Source: a virus. Taken from it: 64,000 nt of DNA. Shown piece by piece: positions 54,161-62,449 of this stretch; the first letter of the stretch is position 1; every line of letters begins with the position of its first letter. Position numbers and translations under genes: made by a program. Location: the IMG/VR virus record IMGVR_UViG_3300046167_000733, positions 43,777 to 107,776 of that record. The stretch is one strand, 5' to 3'. The notes beneath the pieces are model-generated. The model did not search any database. It was not told the DNA's origin and saw nothing but the letters and a program-made list of their open reading frames with translations.

Positions 54161-55471
54161 ATGCAACAATCATACGACAGACTAATAGAAAAGTGGGCAC
54201 CAGTCCTAGACGAAGGCGTGGCAATCAAAGACCACCACAAACGTCAAGTTACTGCCGCTATTCTAGAAAACCAAGAGCGTGCTTTACAAGAAGAGCGTTC
54301 AGCACTTAGCGGATTCTTAACAGAGAATGCCGCCGCACCAGGAAACTCCACATCAGGCGTTTCAAACTTTGACCCAGTATTAATCTCATTAGTACGACGT
54401 TCAATGCCTAACCTAATCGCATACGACGTATGTGGTGTTCAACCAATGAACGGACCAACTGGTCTTATCTTTGCTATGAAAGCAAGATATGGTAAAGGCG
54501 CAACAGGTTCAAGAGAAGCACTATTCAACGAAGCAGAAACACGTTTCGGTGGTGATTCAGGTGGAACACATGACTCAGACAACGCATCTGGTTTCAATGG
54601 TATTGATTCAGAAGGCGCACGTCTAACTGCACTAGGTGCAGGTGGTATGCCAACTGCTGATGCTGAAGCATTAGGCGCAACAGGCGGTTCTGCTTTCAAC
54701 GAAATGGGTTTCACCATTGAGAAGCAAACTGTTACTGCTAAGTCCCGTGCATTAAAGGCAGAGTATTCATTAGAACTTGCTCAAGACCTTAAAGCAATCC
54801 ACGGTCTAGATGCTGAAACAGAGTTAGCAAACATATTGTCAACTGAAATCCTCGCTGAAATCAACCGCGAAGTTATCAGAACAATTAACTCACAAGCAAA
54901 AACTGGTGCACAACAGTCAAACGTAACTGCTAAAGGTATATTCAATATGTCTGCAGATACAGATGGACGTTGGAGTGCAGAGAAGTTCAAAGGTCTCGGA
55001 GTACACATCGACAGAGAAGCAAACGTTATTGCTAAAGAAACTCGTCGTGGTAAAGGTAACATCGTAATCTGTTCATCAGACGTTGCTACTGCTCTCGCCG
55101 CCGCAGGAACTCTTGACTATTCACCTGCTCTTGCATCAACCCTACAGGTAGATGACACAGGTAACACTTTTGCAGGTGTATTAAACGGACGTATCAAAGT
55201 ATACATAGACCCATATGCAAGCACAGACTACATCACTGTAGGTTATAAGGGTTCAAACCCATATGACTCAGGCGTATTCTATTGCCCATATGTACCGTTA
55301 CAAATGGTTAAAGCAGTGTCTGAAAATTCATTCGCTCCGAAAATCGGGTTCAAAACTCGTTACGGCATGGCGTCTAACCCATTCGTAGGTGCCGCACCTT
55401 CAGATGGTTTGGCAACAGTCAAAACTAACCAGTACTACAGAATCTCAAAAGTGACTAACATCCTTACATAG
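54161..55471 (+). CDS. 23: major capsid protein gp23
   Basis: LVRRSMPNLIAYDVCGVQPMNGPTGLIFAM, AKSRALKAEYSLELAQDLKAIHGLDAE and YCPYVPL motifs. Confidence 0.98.
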   Translation: MQQSYDRLIEKWAPVLDEGVAIKDHHKRQVTAAILENQERALQEERSALSGFLTENAAAPGNSTSGVSNFDPVLISLVRRSMPNLIAYDVCGVQPMNGPTGLIFAMKARYGKGATGSREALFNEAETRFGGDSGGTHDSDNASGFNGIDSEGARLTALGAGGMPTADAEALGATGGSAFNEMGFTIEKQTVTAKSRALKAEYSLELAQDLKAIHGLDAETELANILSTEILAEINREVIRTINSQAKTGAQQSNVTAKGIFNMSADTDGRWSAEKFKGLGVHIDREANVIAKETRRGKGNIVICSSDVATALAAAGTLDYSPALASTLQVDDTGNTFAGVLNGRIKVYIDPYASTDYITVGYKGSNPYDSGVFYCPYVPLQMVKAVSENSFAPKIGFKTRYGMASNPFVGAAPSDGLATVKTNQYYRISKVTNILT

Positions 55472-55515
55472 ATTACTGTTAAAAAAATGAGAGTTGGGTT
55501 AACCAACCAGTTTTT

Positions 55516-55542
55516 AGGGAGACTTCGGTCTCCCTTTTTTTT
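55516..55542 (+). terminator. rho-independent terminator with UUCG tetraloop
   Basis: AGGGAGAC-TTCG-GTCTCCCT plus a T run. Confidence 0.92.
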
Positions 55543-55567
55543 GTCTAAAAATAAATGAAAAAAAGTG

Positions 55568-55637
55568 AAAAAAGTACTTGACATTCTCTGTTTTATATGG
55601 TACTGTAAGACATAATAAGAAAGGAAATATTATGAAA
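55568..55637 (+). promoter_or_regulatory. early promoter-RBS cassette, copy 1
   Basis: A-tract, then TTGACA-17-TACTGT, then ACATAATA and AAGGAAA...TATTATG. Confidence 0.75.
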
Positions 55638-55928
55638 GTAAATAGAAAAGATATCGAGAACAGGAAAATGACAAGAGAGTTTTTTGATTATGTTCTTAGT
55701 TTCTATGGTAAAGGTGGTCTTTATGACTTCGGTGCCAAGTTAGATGATGTAATCACTGCAACGCAGATTTACCTCAACAAAATCTTGACGAATAAAAATA
55801 AGTTTTATACTTGGGGTGATGGCGATAGTCTTGACCGCGAAAGAGTTCGTGACATCTTGTTAGATGAAGACATCTTCGGTTACGAGTGGAAAACAAATGC
55901 TAAACTTCACTTAGACTTAACAAACTAA
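55632..55928 (+). CDS. hypothetical early protein
   Basis: ATG at 55632 after the RBS; FFDYVLSFYG...GDGDSLDRERVRDI. Confidence 0.75.
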   Translation: MKVNRKDIENRKMTREFFDYVLSFYGKGGLYDFGAKLDDVITATQIYLNKILTNKNKFYTWGDGDSLDRERVRDILLDEDIFGYEWKTNAKLHLDLTN

Positions 55929-56002
55929 AAAAGTGCTTGACATTCTCTGTCAAGTATGGTACGGTAACACATAATAGAGAAAAGGAAAAAAATATTATGA
56001 AA
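55927..56002 (+). promoter_or_regulatory. early promoter-RBS cassette, copy 2
   Basis: Near copy of 55568-55637, with TTGACA-17-TACGGT. Confidence 0.75.
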
Positions 56003-56220
56003 ACGAAACTTACGAATATGTAGAAGAACCTACACTTGAAGAACAGATTGAGGCATCAGTCAAAGAAGGAATAACTTTAGGACTTTTTAAAGACCTTTCT
56101 GATGACCCAACTTTCTTGAAGTTCAAGGCAACAGTTGATGAGATAGAAAATACCTCTAGAGACGAACGCATTGCGGACATCGAGGATTCTTATGAAGAGT
56201 TCTTGGCAGGAGGTGCGTAA
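55997..56220 (+). CDS. hypothetical acidic protein, probable 1-nt deletion near 56001
   Basis: Adding one A gives MKNETYEYVEEPTLEEQIEAS...EEFLAGGA*. Confidence 0.5.
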
Positions 56221-56222
56221 TA

Positions 56223-56435
56223 ATGGCATTAGTATTAGGATACACTAAAGAGAAAGAGTTCGTACAAGAATGTTTCAATACTCGTTTAGAGTTCGAAAAC
56301 AGATACCAAGAACTCGTGGAGAGATTTGGTGGACTTGACTTTGAGTTTCTAAAGGAATATGAAGTCAGTGGTTACAACTCAAAACTTATAAAAGACATGA
56401 ATACAGAAAGAAAAATCAGAAAGGAAAATGTATAA
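56223..56435 (+). CDS. hypothetical protein
   Basis: GGAGG RBS; 70 aa. Confidence 0.7.
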   Translation: MALVLGYTKEKEFVQECFNTRLEFENRYQELVERFGGLDFEFLKEYEVSGYNSKLIKDMNTERKIRKENV

Positions 56436-56629
56436 TGAAAGCATATGAAGTAAAACTAAAGTTGAACACAAGGAACGAGGATTGGAAACGATTTGCAACC
56501 GCAAAGGAAGCAGTCAAGTTTATCCTAGACGAGAGACACACCGAAGGGTTCACGGTCTCTGGACGTACCTATGATGAAAAGTTCGAAGAGTTAGAATGGA
56601 TTGAGAAAGGTCGCATTGTAAATGTGTGA
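56435..56629 (+). CDS. hypothetical protein
   Basis: Coupled ORF, 64 aa, with AAGGA RBS. Confidence 0.7.
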   Translation: MKAYEVKLKLNTRNEDWKRFATAKEAVKFILDERHTEGFTVSGRTYDEKFEELEWIEKGRIVNV

Positions 56630-56667
56630 CTTATTCTTGACCTATATAATTATAAATGGAGTTGATA

Positions 56668-56823
56668 ATGTTTGAGTTTTTTCTGGGATTAATGATTGGT
56701 GGTTTTGGAACCATATTGTTTGTTTTTATGACAAGTGTTGATATTGATTGTGGCGGGTATACTGCTATGACACCTGAAGAGGAAGATGAAGAGAGAGAAA
56801 TGTATCTCAGAGGTGAAGACTAA
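56668..56823 (+). CDS. small membrane protein
   Basis: GGAG RBS; hydrophobic N-terminus MFEFFLGLMIGGFGTILFVFM and an acidic tail. Confidence 0.6.
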   Translation: MFEFFLGLMIGGFGTILFVFMTSVDIDCGGYTAMTPEEEDEEREMYLRGED

Positions 56824-57179
56824 TGGGAACTAAGGCAGGAAAGATTTGGGGAAACACAGAACTGATACACGCAAATGGTGTATTAGAGTTTCATCGTATC
56901 AACTTCAAAAAGGGATACAAGTGTTCCGAACATTTACACAAACATAAATGGAATGGTTTCTTTGTTGAGAGTGGAACTATGATTGTTCGTGTATGGCAAG
57001 ACGGAGAACAGGATGGTCTTGTTGATGAAACAATACTAACTGCAGGAGACTTCTGTCAGGTAAAACCTGGAAAGATACATCAGTTTGAAGGTGTTCAAGA
57101 TGGTGTTGCGTTTGAACTCTACTGGGCAGAGTTTGCTCATGATGATATTGAAAGAAGAACTATAGGGACTTCTATTTAA
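56823..57179 (+). CDS. cupin protein (mannose-6-phosphate isomerase-like)
   Basis: KIWG.TE, CSEHLHKHKWNGFFVESG and L.AGDF..VKPGKIHQF motifs. Confidence 0.8.
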   Translation: MGTKAGKIWGNTELIHANGVLEFHRINFKKGYKCSEHLHKHKWNGFFVESGTMIVRVWQDGEQDGLVDETILTAGDFCQVKPGKIHQFEGVQDGVAFELYWAEFAHDDIERRTIGTSI

Positions 57180-57708
57180 TCTCGAACTCAGAGAAAGCAA
57201 AGGAAGCACTGAAAGTTAGATACGATGCATCACCTGATGTAGAGTTAAATGTTATTGCACCTAAGTCAGTAGGAATACAATCTCTATATGTTATTTGTCT
57301 TATTGAGTTATTGTGACTTGAAAGGATAGACAAGGTTATATCAGAATATGTTGGTATTGCGGTTCTTCTTTTTTCTGCAGATATTTGACCCACGTTCACA
57401 CCACGTTGCATCCAATCAAACATCTCTCTATAGGAAGTCATATTTTCGTCAAGGAGAATACTGAACTCGACAGAACCAAATGTTATTTTGTCACCAACCA
57501 AAGGAACAGAAGATAATCGTCTTACAGAAAGGGGAACAGAGTTAACTGCCATAGAAGGGTGAGATACCTCTTGAACAAAATACTCTAGATTGGGATATCG
57601 TGTTCTATCAATACTAATACGGAAACCCGTAGGTTGTAAGTAGTTCACATTAGATGTAAGTTCTACATCTTTCAATTGAGTTTTAAGTGTTGCAGTATTC
57701 TGTGGCAT
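57172..57708 (-). CDS. 3: tail completion / tube terminator gp3
   Basis: NYLQPTGF, EYFVQEVSHP, GDKITF, DENMTSYREMFDW and PTDLGAITF motifs; late promoter at 57733-57740 on the minus strand. Confidence 0.9.
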   Translation of the reverse strand: MPQNTATLKTQLKDVELTSNVNYLQPTGFRISIDRTRYPNLEYFVQEVSHPSMAVNSVPLSVRRLSSVPLVGDKITFGSVEFSILLDENMTSYREMFDWMQRGVNVGQISAEKRRTAIPTYSDITLSILSSHNNSIRQITYRDCIPTDLGAITFNSTSGDASYLTFSASFAFSEFEIK

Positions 57709-57791
57709 TTTAGTTCCTATATCTTCTACTTCTATTTATATAGAAAATACAGAGATAATTAAAATATATATAGTAACATAAGGAATATATT

Positions 57792-58241
57792 ATGATAAAT
57801 TTAGAATCCATATTGGCAGAGTGGAAAGAGGACTCCCTTATAAAGGAGGGTCAACTTGACAAGAATAGTATGGACACTCCCAAGATGCATGCCAAGTATC
57901 TTGAGTATCTATCCCTAACCAAACTACGATTGAAGAAGGCAGAGTTTTCTCAGAAGTCTCTGTTGAAAGATAAGTGGTTATGGTACAACGGGAAGATGGA
58001 CGAAGAGACTATGAGGTCAAAGAACTGGTCACCCGACCCGTTCAATGGACTCAAAGTATTGAAGGGTGACCTAGAGAAATACTACTACGATGCAGACCAA
58101 GAGATACAGGACAGCGAGATACGCATTCAGTATCTAAAAACTATTGTTGAAACCCTTGAGAGTATCATGAATAATCTCAACTGGAGACACACCACGATTG
58201 GTAACATCATCAAGATAAGACAACTTGAGGCAGGATACTAA
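57792..58241 (+). CDS. uvsY: recombination mediator UvsY
   Basis: EWKEDS.I, P.MHAKYL, WYNGK, PF...VLKGD and YYDAD motifs; upstream of uvsW. Confidence 0.92.
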   Translation: MINLESILAEWKEDSLIKEGQLDKNSMDTPKMHAKYLEYLSLTKLRLKKAEFSQKSLLKDKWLWYNGKMDEETMRSKNWSPDPFNGLKVLKGDLEKYYYDADQEIQDSEIRIQYLKTIVETLESIMNNLNWRHTTIGNIIKIRQLEAGY

Positions 58242-58429
58242 TGAGTGTTGAAAAGAACGCAAAGGCATTCGCAGAAGAAAGAGTTAACTTCCTTATAGAT
58301 AATAACTACATTGATAAAAATCGACGTGAAGAAGTATTCGAATCGTTAAGATATAAGTTTATAGAAGAAGATGCCAGAGACAAAGAATACATTGCCAAAC
58401 ACAATAACCGTAGGACTCAAGAATCATAG
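58241..58429 (+). CDS. hypothetical protein
   Basis: 62-aa ORF coupled to uvsY and overlapping the uvsW start. Confidence 0.5.
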   Translation: MSVEKNAKAFAEERVNFLIDNNYIDKNRREEVFESLRYKFIEEDARDKEYIAKHNNRRTQES

Positions 58430-59871
58430 TATGATGTTGGTTGATGCGGAGGCGCATCAGATACCAGAACTACGAGAATACTTTTCTTTCTTTGTACCCA
58501 ACTATAGATATGTCCCTGCCTACAAGAACAAAAAGTGGGATGGCAAAATCAAGTTATTCAATCAGGTCACGCGCGAACTCAATGTGGGTTTGTATGAACA
58601 CTTGCGTAAGTTTTGTAGTGACCGAATGTATCCCCTACGATTACAGGAGACCGACTATGGACATCCTGCTCAGAGAAATAAAGTAGACCACCAAACCCTT
58701 GTGAAGTTTCAAGAGAGTTTGAAGTTACCCTTTCCCCTACGCGATTATCAGTACGAAGCAGTGTCACACGGCATCGAGAAAAAACGCGCGATTTTATTAT
58801 CCCCTACAGGTTCGGGTAAATCCTTTATCTGTTATAATCTGATACAATGGTACATGGATAACTATGGCGACAAACAGATACTGATTGTTGTTCCTACAAC
58901 AAGTCTAGTCGAACAACTCTATAAAGACTTTGATGAGTATGGATTTGATGTAGAAGAGAATGTGCATCGTATCTATAGTGGTAAGGATAAGAATACCGAC
59001 AAACCTATTATCATATCAACGTGGCAATCTATTTACAAGTTTAGTCGAGAATGGTACGAGAACTTTGGTTGCGTAGTAGGTGATGAGGTACATCTCTTCA
59101 AGGCAAAGTCTCTTTCGGGTATTATGAATAAGTGTGTGAATGCTGAATATAGATTTGGTATGACAGGTACACTCGATGGAACCTGCAACAAATAAACTTG
59201 TGCTTGAAGGATTATTTGGTGTAACGAAAAGAGTGACGATGACCAGAGACCTACAGGAGAAAGGTACACTTGCAAAATTAGATATCTCCATTCTATTATT
59301 GAGGTATCATAATGATGTGTGCCACTGGATGAAGGGTAAGACCTATCAAGAGGAAATAGATTATATTGTCACGAATGAGAAACGCAATAGATTGATTACT
59401 AATCTAGCGGCAGACCAGAAAGGAAACTCACTGGTGTTATTTCAGTTCGTAGAAAAGCATGGTAAACCATTATTCGATATGATACGCGACAAGGTAGGCG
59501 AGAGACCCGTATATTACGTCTCAGGAGAGGTAGATGCAAAAGACAGGGAACAGATAAGGGGAATCGTAGAGAAACAAAAGAATGCTATCATTGTTGCGTC
59601 ACTCGGTACATTCTCTACAGGTATCAACATAAGGAACCTACATAATATTATATTTGCATCTCCAAGTAAGTCTCAAGTGAAAGTGTTGCAATCTATTGGT
59701 AGGGCATTACGAATGAGTGATGATGGTAGTGTTGCTAAACTCTATGACATTGCAGATGACTTTCATGTGAAATCTCATAAGAACTTTACACTGAAACATA
59801 GTGGTGAAAGAATTAAGATATATAGTAAGGAACAGTTCCCATATAACATATTTAAAGTGGACTTAAAGTAG
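58371..59871 (+). CDS. uvsW: DNA helicase UvsW (probable indel near 59185)
   Basis: WDGKIKLF, LRDYQ, SPTGSGKS, DEVH, GMTGTLDG, then FSTGINI and LQSIGRALR in the next frame. Confidence 0.95.
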
Positions 59872-59885
59872 GACTAAATAATATT

Positions 59886-60353
59886 ATGAGTAAAGAGTTA
59901 TACGAAACAAAACAATTTAAACTTACATCAGGTGAGGAAGTTATTGCTGAAGTTGTCCAATGGAATATGGATGACGAGACAGAGATAGTTGTCCGTAAGG
60001 CAATGAAACTTGTCATGGGTGAAACTGAAGGTGGTAGTTATAGATATTATTCCTTTCGACCTTGGATGGTATATCAAGAAAACTTACAGGACTTTATTAT
60101 ATTGAACGCGGCACATATTGTTGGTATTGCTCAACCTGTTGATTCTATATTGATACAATATGAAGAAGCACTTATTAGTATGCAAGAAATGTTTGAGAGT
60201 AGAGAAACCCAAGCAACCGTAACAGGTAATGGTGATGTGAATGAACTGACCCAGAAGTTAAGAGAACATTTAAAGGACATTGAAGAAGCAAATGATGATG
60301 AAGGAAACGACGACAATGTGCTTCCATTTATAGACCCAAAGACATTACATTAA
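59886..60353 (+). CDS. conserved Sm-like hypothetical protein between uvsW and gp55
   Basis: QFKLTSGEEVIAEV...FRPWM; synteny as in marine T4-like phages. Confidence 0.7.
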   Translation: MSKELYETKQFKLTSGEEVIAEVVQWNMDDETEIVVRKAMKLVMGETEGGSYRYYSFRPWMVYQENLQDFIILNAAHIVGIAQPVDSILIQYEEALISMQEMFESRETQATVTGNGDVNELTQKLREHLKDIEEANDDEGNDDNVLPFIDPKTLH

Positions 60354-60426
60354 ATATGTATATCCAACCTTCCCTAAAGAGTACTTTAAGTATACCATAC
60401 TTTTCAGAATATGTCAAGCATAAAAT
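60354..60426 (-). repeat. dispersed repeat copy B containing an antisense sigma70 promoter
   Basis: Matches 32901-32973; TTGACA (60417-60412), 17 nt, TATACT (60394-60389). Confidence 0.9.
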
Positions 60427-60442
60427 GAAAATAAATATTTGC

Positions 60443-60471
60443 TTGACTTCTGCACCCCGTTGTGATAGAAT
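60443..60471 (+). promoter_or_regulatory. sigma70 promoter for gp55
   Basis: TTGACT-17-TAGAAT with an extended TG. Confidence 0.7.
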
Positions 60472-60507
60472 AGTAGGTATAGAAATAAAACTATAACAGG
60501 AATTAAA

Positions 60508-61107
60508 ATGAATAAAGTGAAACCAAGAGATAGACCACACTACGTTAATAACGCGCAGTTCTCACAAGCAGTGGTTGACTATGTTACTATATTAAATGAA
60601 GCACGCGATAAAAAGGCAAACCGACTTCCAAAGGTTCCCGACTATATCGCATCCTGTTTCCTAAAAATATCTGAAGGTCTTTCCCATAAATCAAACTTCG
60701 TGAGATACACATATAGAGAAGAGATGGTAATGGACGCAGTGGAGAACTGCCTCAAGGCGATAGAGAACTACAACCTAGAAGCGGCAACACGAACAGGTAA
60801 ACCAAATGCGTTTGCTTACTTCACACAAATATCTTGGTATGCATTCCTACGCAGAATAGCAAAGGAAAAGAAACAACAAGATATCAAAATGAAATATATC
60901 AATCAATCTGGTATTGAGAACTTTCTTGATAATGAACTTGGTGATGCTCAGAGTGCCACAGTTGCACAAGCATTCGTTGACCAACTTCGTATTCGTATTG
61001 ATGAGGTAAAGGTCAAGGATAGTGAGTGGAAAGAGATTGTAAAGAAACAACGTAAAAGACGTACAGTCAAAGTTGATAGTGACCTATCGGGGTTTATAAG
61101 TGATTGA
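60508..61107 (+). CDS. 55: late sigma factor gp55
   Basis: HYVNN, YIASCFLKISEGLSHKSNFVRYTYREEMVMDAVENC and NAFAYFTQI..YAFLRRIAKEKKQ motifs. Confidence 0.97.
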   Translation: MNKVKPRDRPHYVNNAQFSQAVVDYVTILNEARDKKANRLPKVPDYIASCFLKISEGLSHKSNFVRYTYREEMVMDAVENCLKAIENYNLEAATRTGKPNAFAYFTQISWYAFLRRIAKEKKQQDIKMKYINQSGIENFLDNELGDAQSATVAQAFVDQLRIRIDEVKVKDSEWKEIVKKQRKRRTVKVDSDLSGFISD

Positions 61108-61282
61108 TAATTTTGTATATCACGGTAAGTCTTTGGACATTATGCATTGGAACTTACACAATCTCGGTGACGCTGAAACAAGACGAATACACAAAGACAA
61201 CGCAACCTATAATGAATGGATAGACATACAAAGAGAACTACTCGTAAGGGAGATTACGAATATGACCGAATATAATACTTGA
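61100..61282 (+). CDS. hypothetical protein
   Basis: 60-aa ORF overlapping the gp55 stop. Confidence 0.45.
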   Translation: MIDNFVYHGKSLDIMHWNLHNLGDAETRRIHKDNATYNEWIDIQRELLVREITNMTEYNT

Positions 61283-61307
61283 CTTATTGTGTCAAGTGTG
61301 ATATACT
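61279..61307 (+). promoter_or_regulatory. sigma70 promoter for gp47
   Basis: TTGACT-17-TATACT; closely resembles the promoter at 1281. Confidence 0.75.
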
Positions 61308-61332
61308 AAAGGTTATATAAGAAAGGCAAACT

Positions 61333-62391
61333 ATGAAAATCGCAATACTGAATGATACTCACGCGGGTATACGAAACTCTTCGGACATCTTTATGGATTA
61401 CCAAGAGAAGTTTTATCGAGATGTATTCTTCCCCTATCTAAGAGAAAATGGTATCACTCAGATACTTCACCTTGGCGACTACTATGATAATCGTAAGACC
61501 GTCAACTTCAAGGCACTGGGTCACAATCGTAAAATCTTCCTAGAGAAACTTCGTGAGTATGGTATCACGATGGATATCATTCCAGGAAATCACGATGTAT
61601 ACTACAAGAATACTAATGAGTTGAATGCTTTGAAGGAACTTCAAGGTCACTATATGAATGAAGTTAATCTTGTTATGGAACCAACAGTGTTGGACTATGA
61701 AGGATTGAAGATGGGACTTGTCCCTTGGATATGTAAAGAGAATGAAGAACAGTGTCTTGACTTTATTGCGAATTGTAAAGCAGACTTTATTGGTGCGCAT
61801 TTAGAACTACAAGGTTTTGATATGCAGAAAGGTATGCCTTGTCAAGATGGTATGTCTCCCAAACTCTTTGAGAGATTTGAGACTGTATTGTCGGGTCACT
61901 TCCATGCCAAGTCACATATGGGTAACATACATTATCTTGGGTCACAGATGGAGTTCTTCTGGAATGATTGTAATGATGACAAGTACTTCCACATTCTTGA
62001 TACGGAAACAAGAGAACTGACTGCTGTTCGTAACCCTGTCACAATCTATGAGAAGATATATTATGACCACGAGAAGTTAAACAAGTTTCAAGACCTATCA
62101 CATCTTGATGAGAAGTTTGTGAAGATTATTGTGGTGAACAAGGGTGATGCATATGAGTTCGAAAGATTTGTTGACAGGGTACAGGCACAAAAGATACACG
62201 AACTCAAGATACAAGAAGACTTCTCCGATTTCATTGGAGACAATGTAGATGACGCAAAGGTTTCTGTAGAGGATACTGAACAGATTGTATATGATTATAT
62301 TGATGCTGTCAATACTGACCTCGATAAGGGTAGGATAAAGAAAGAGATTTCTGATTTAATGAAAGAAGCACAGAGTATGGAAATAGTATAA
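61333..62391 (+). CDS. 47: recombination endonuclease gp47 (Mre11/SbcD-like)
   Basis: NDTHAG, HLGDYYD, GNHD and SGHFH phosphoesterase motifs. Confidence 0.96.
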   Translation: MKIAILNDTHAGIRNSSDIFMDYQEKFYRDVFFPYLRENGITQILHLGDYYDNRKTVNFKALGHNRKIFLEKLREYGITMDIIPGNHDVYYKNTNELNALKELQGHYMNEVNLVMEPTVLDYEGLKMGLVPWICKENEEQCLDFIANCKADFIGAHLELQGFDMQKGMPCQDGMSPKLFERFETVLSGHFHAKSHMGNIHYLGSQMEFFWNDCNDDKYFHILDTETRELTAVRNPVTIYEKIYYDHEKLNKFQDLSHLDEKFVKIIVVNKGDAYEFERFVDRVQAQKIHELKIQEDFSDFIGDNVDDAKVSVEDTEQIVYDYIDAVNTDLDKGRIKKEISDLMKEAQSMEIV

Positions 62392-62399
62392 CTTTGTGC

Positions 62400-62428
62400 T
62401 TGACTTATGTTATCCATTGTGATATAAT
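62400..62428 (+). promoter_or_regulatory. sigma70 promoter for gp46
   Basis: TTGACT-17-TATAAT with an extended TG. Confidence 0.75.
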
Positions 62429-62449
62429 GGATGTTGAAAAGGAAATTTT

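Noticed and set aside
11287-55062. Many 60-190 aa ORFs antisense to structural genes
   Set aside because: These are shadow frames produced by codon bias; they lack RBSs and recognisable motifs.
3558-55542. Shared GGGAGAC/GTCTCCC stem in two terminators as a mobile repeat
   Set aside because: Only a 7-bp stem is shared; these are ordinary T4-type terminators.
60328-60540. 70-aa minus-strand ORF over repeat copy B
   Set aside because: It starts upstream of the antisense promoter, runs through promoter elements, and has no counterpart at copy A.
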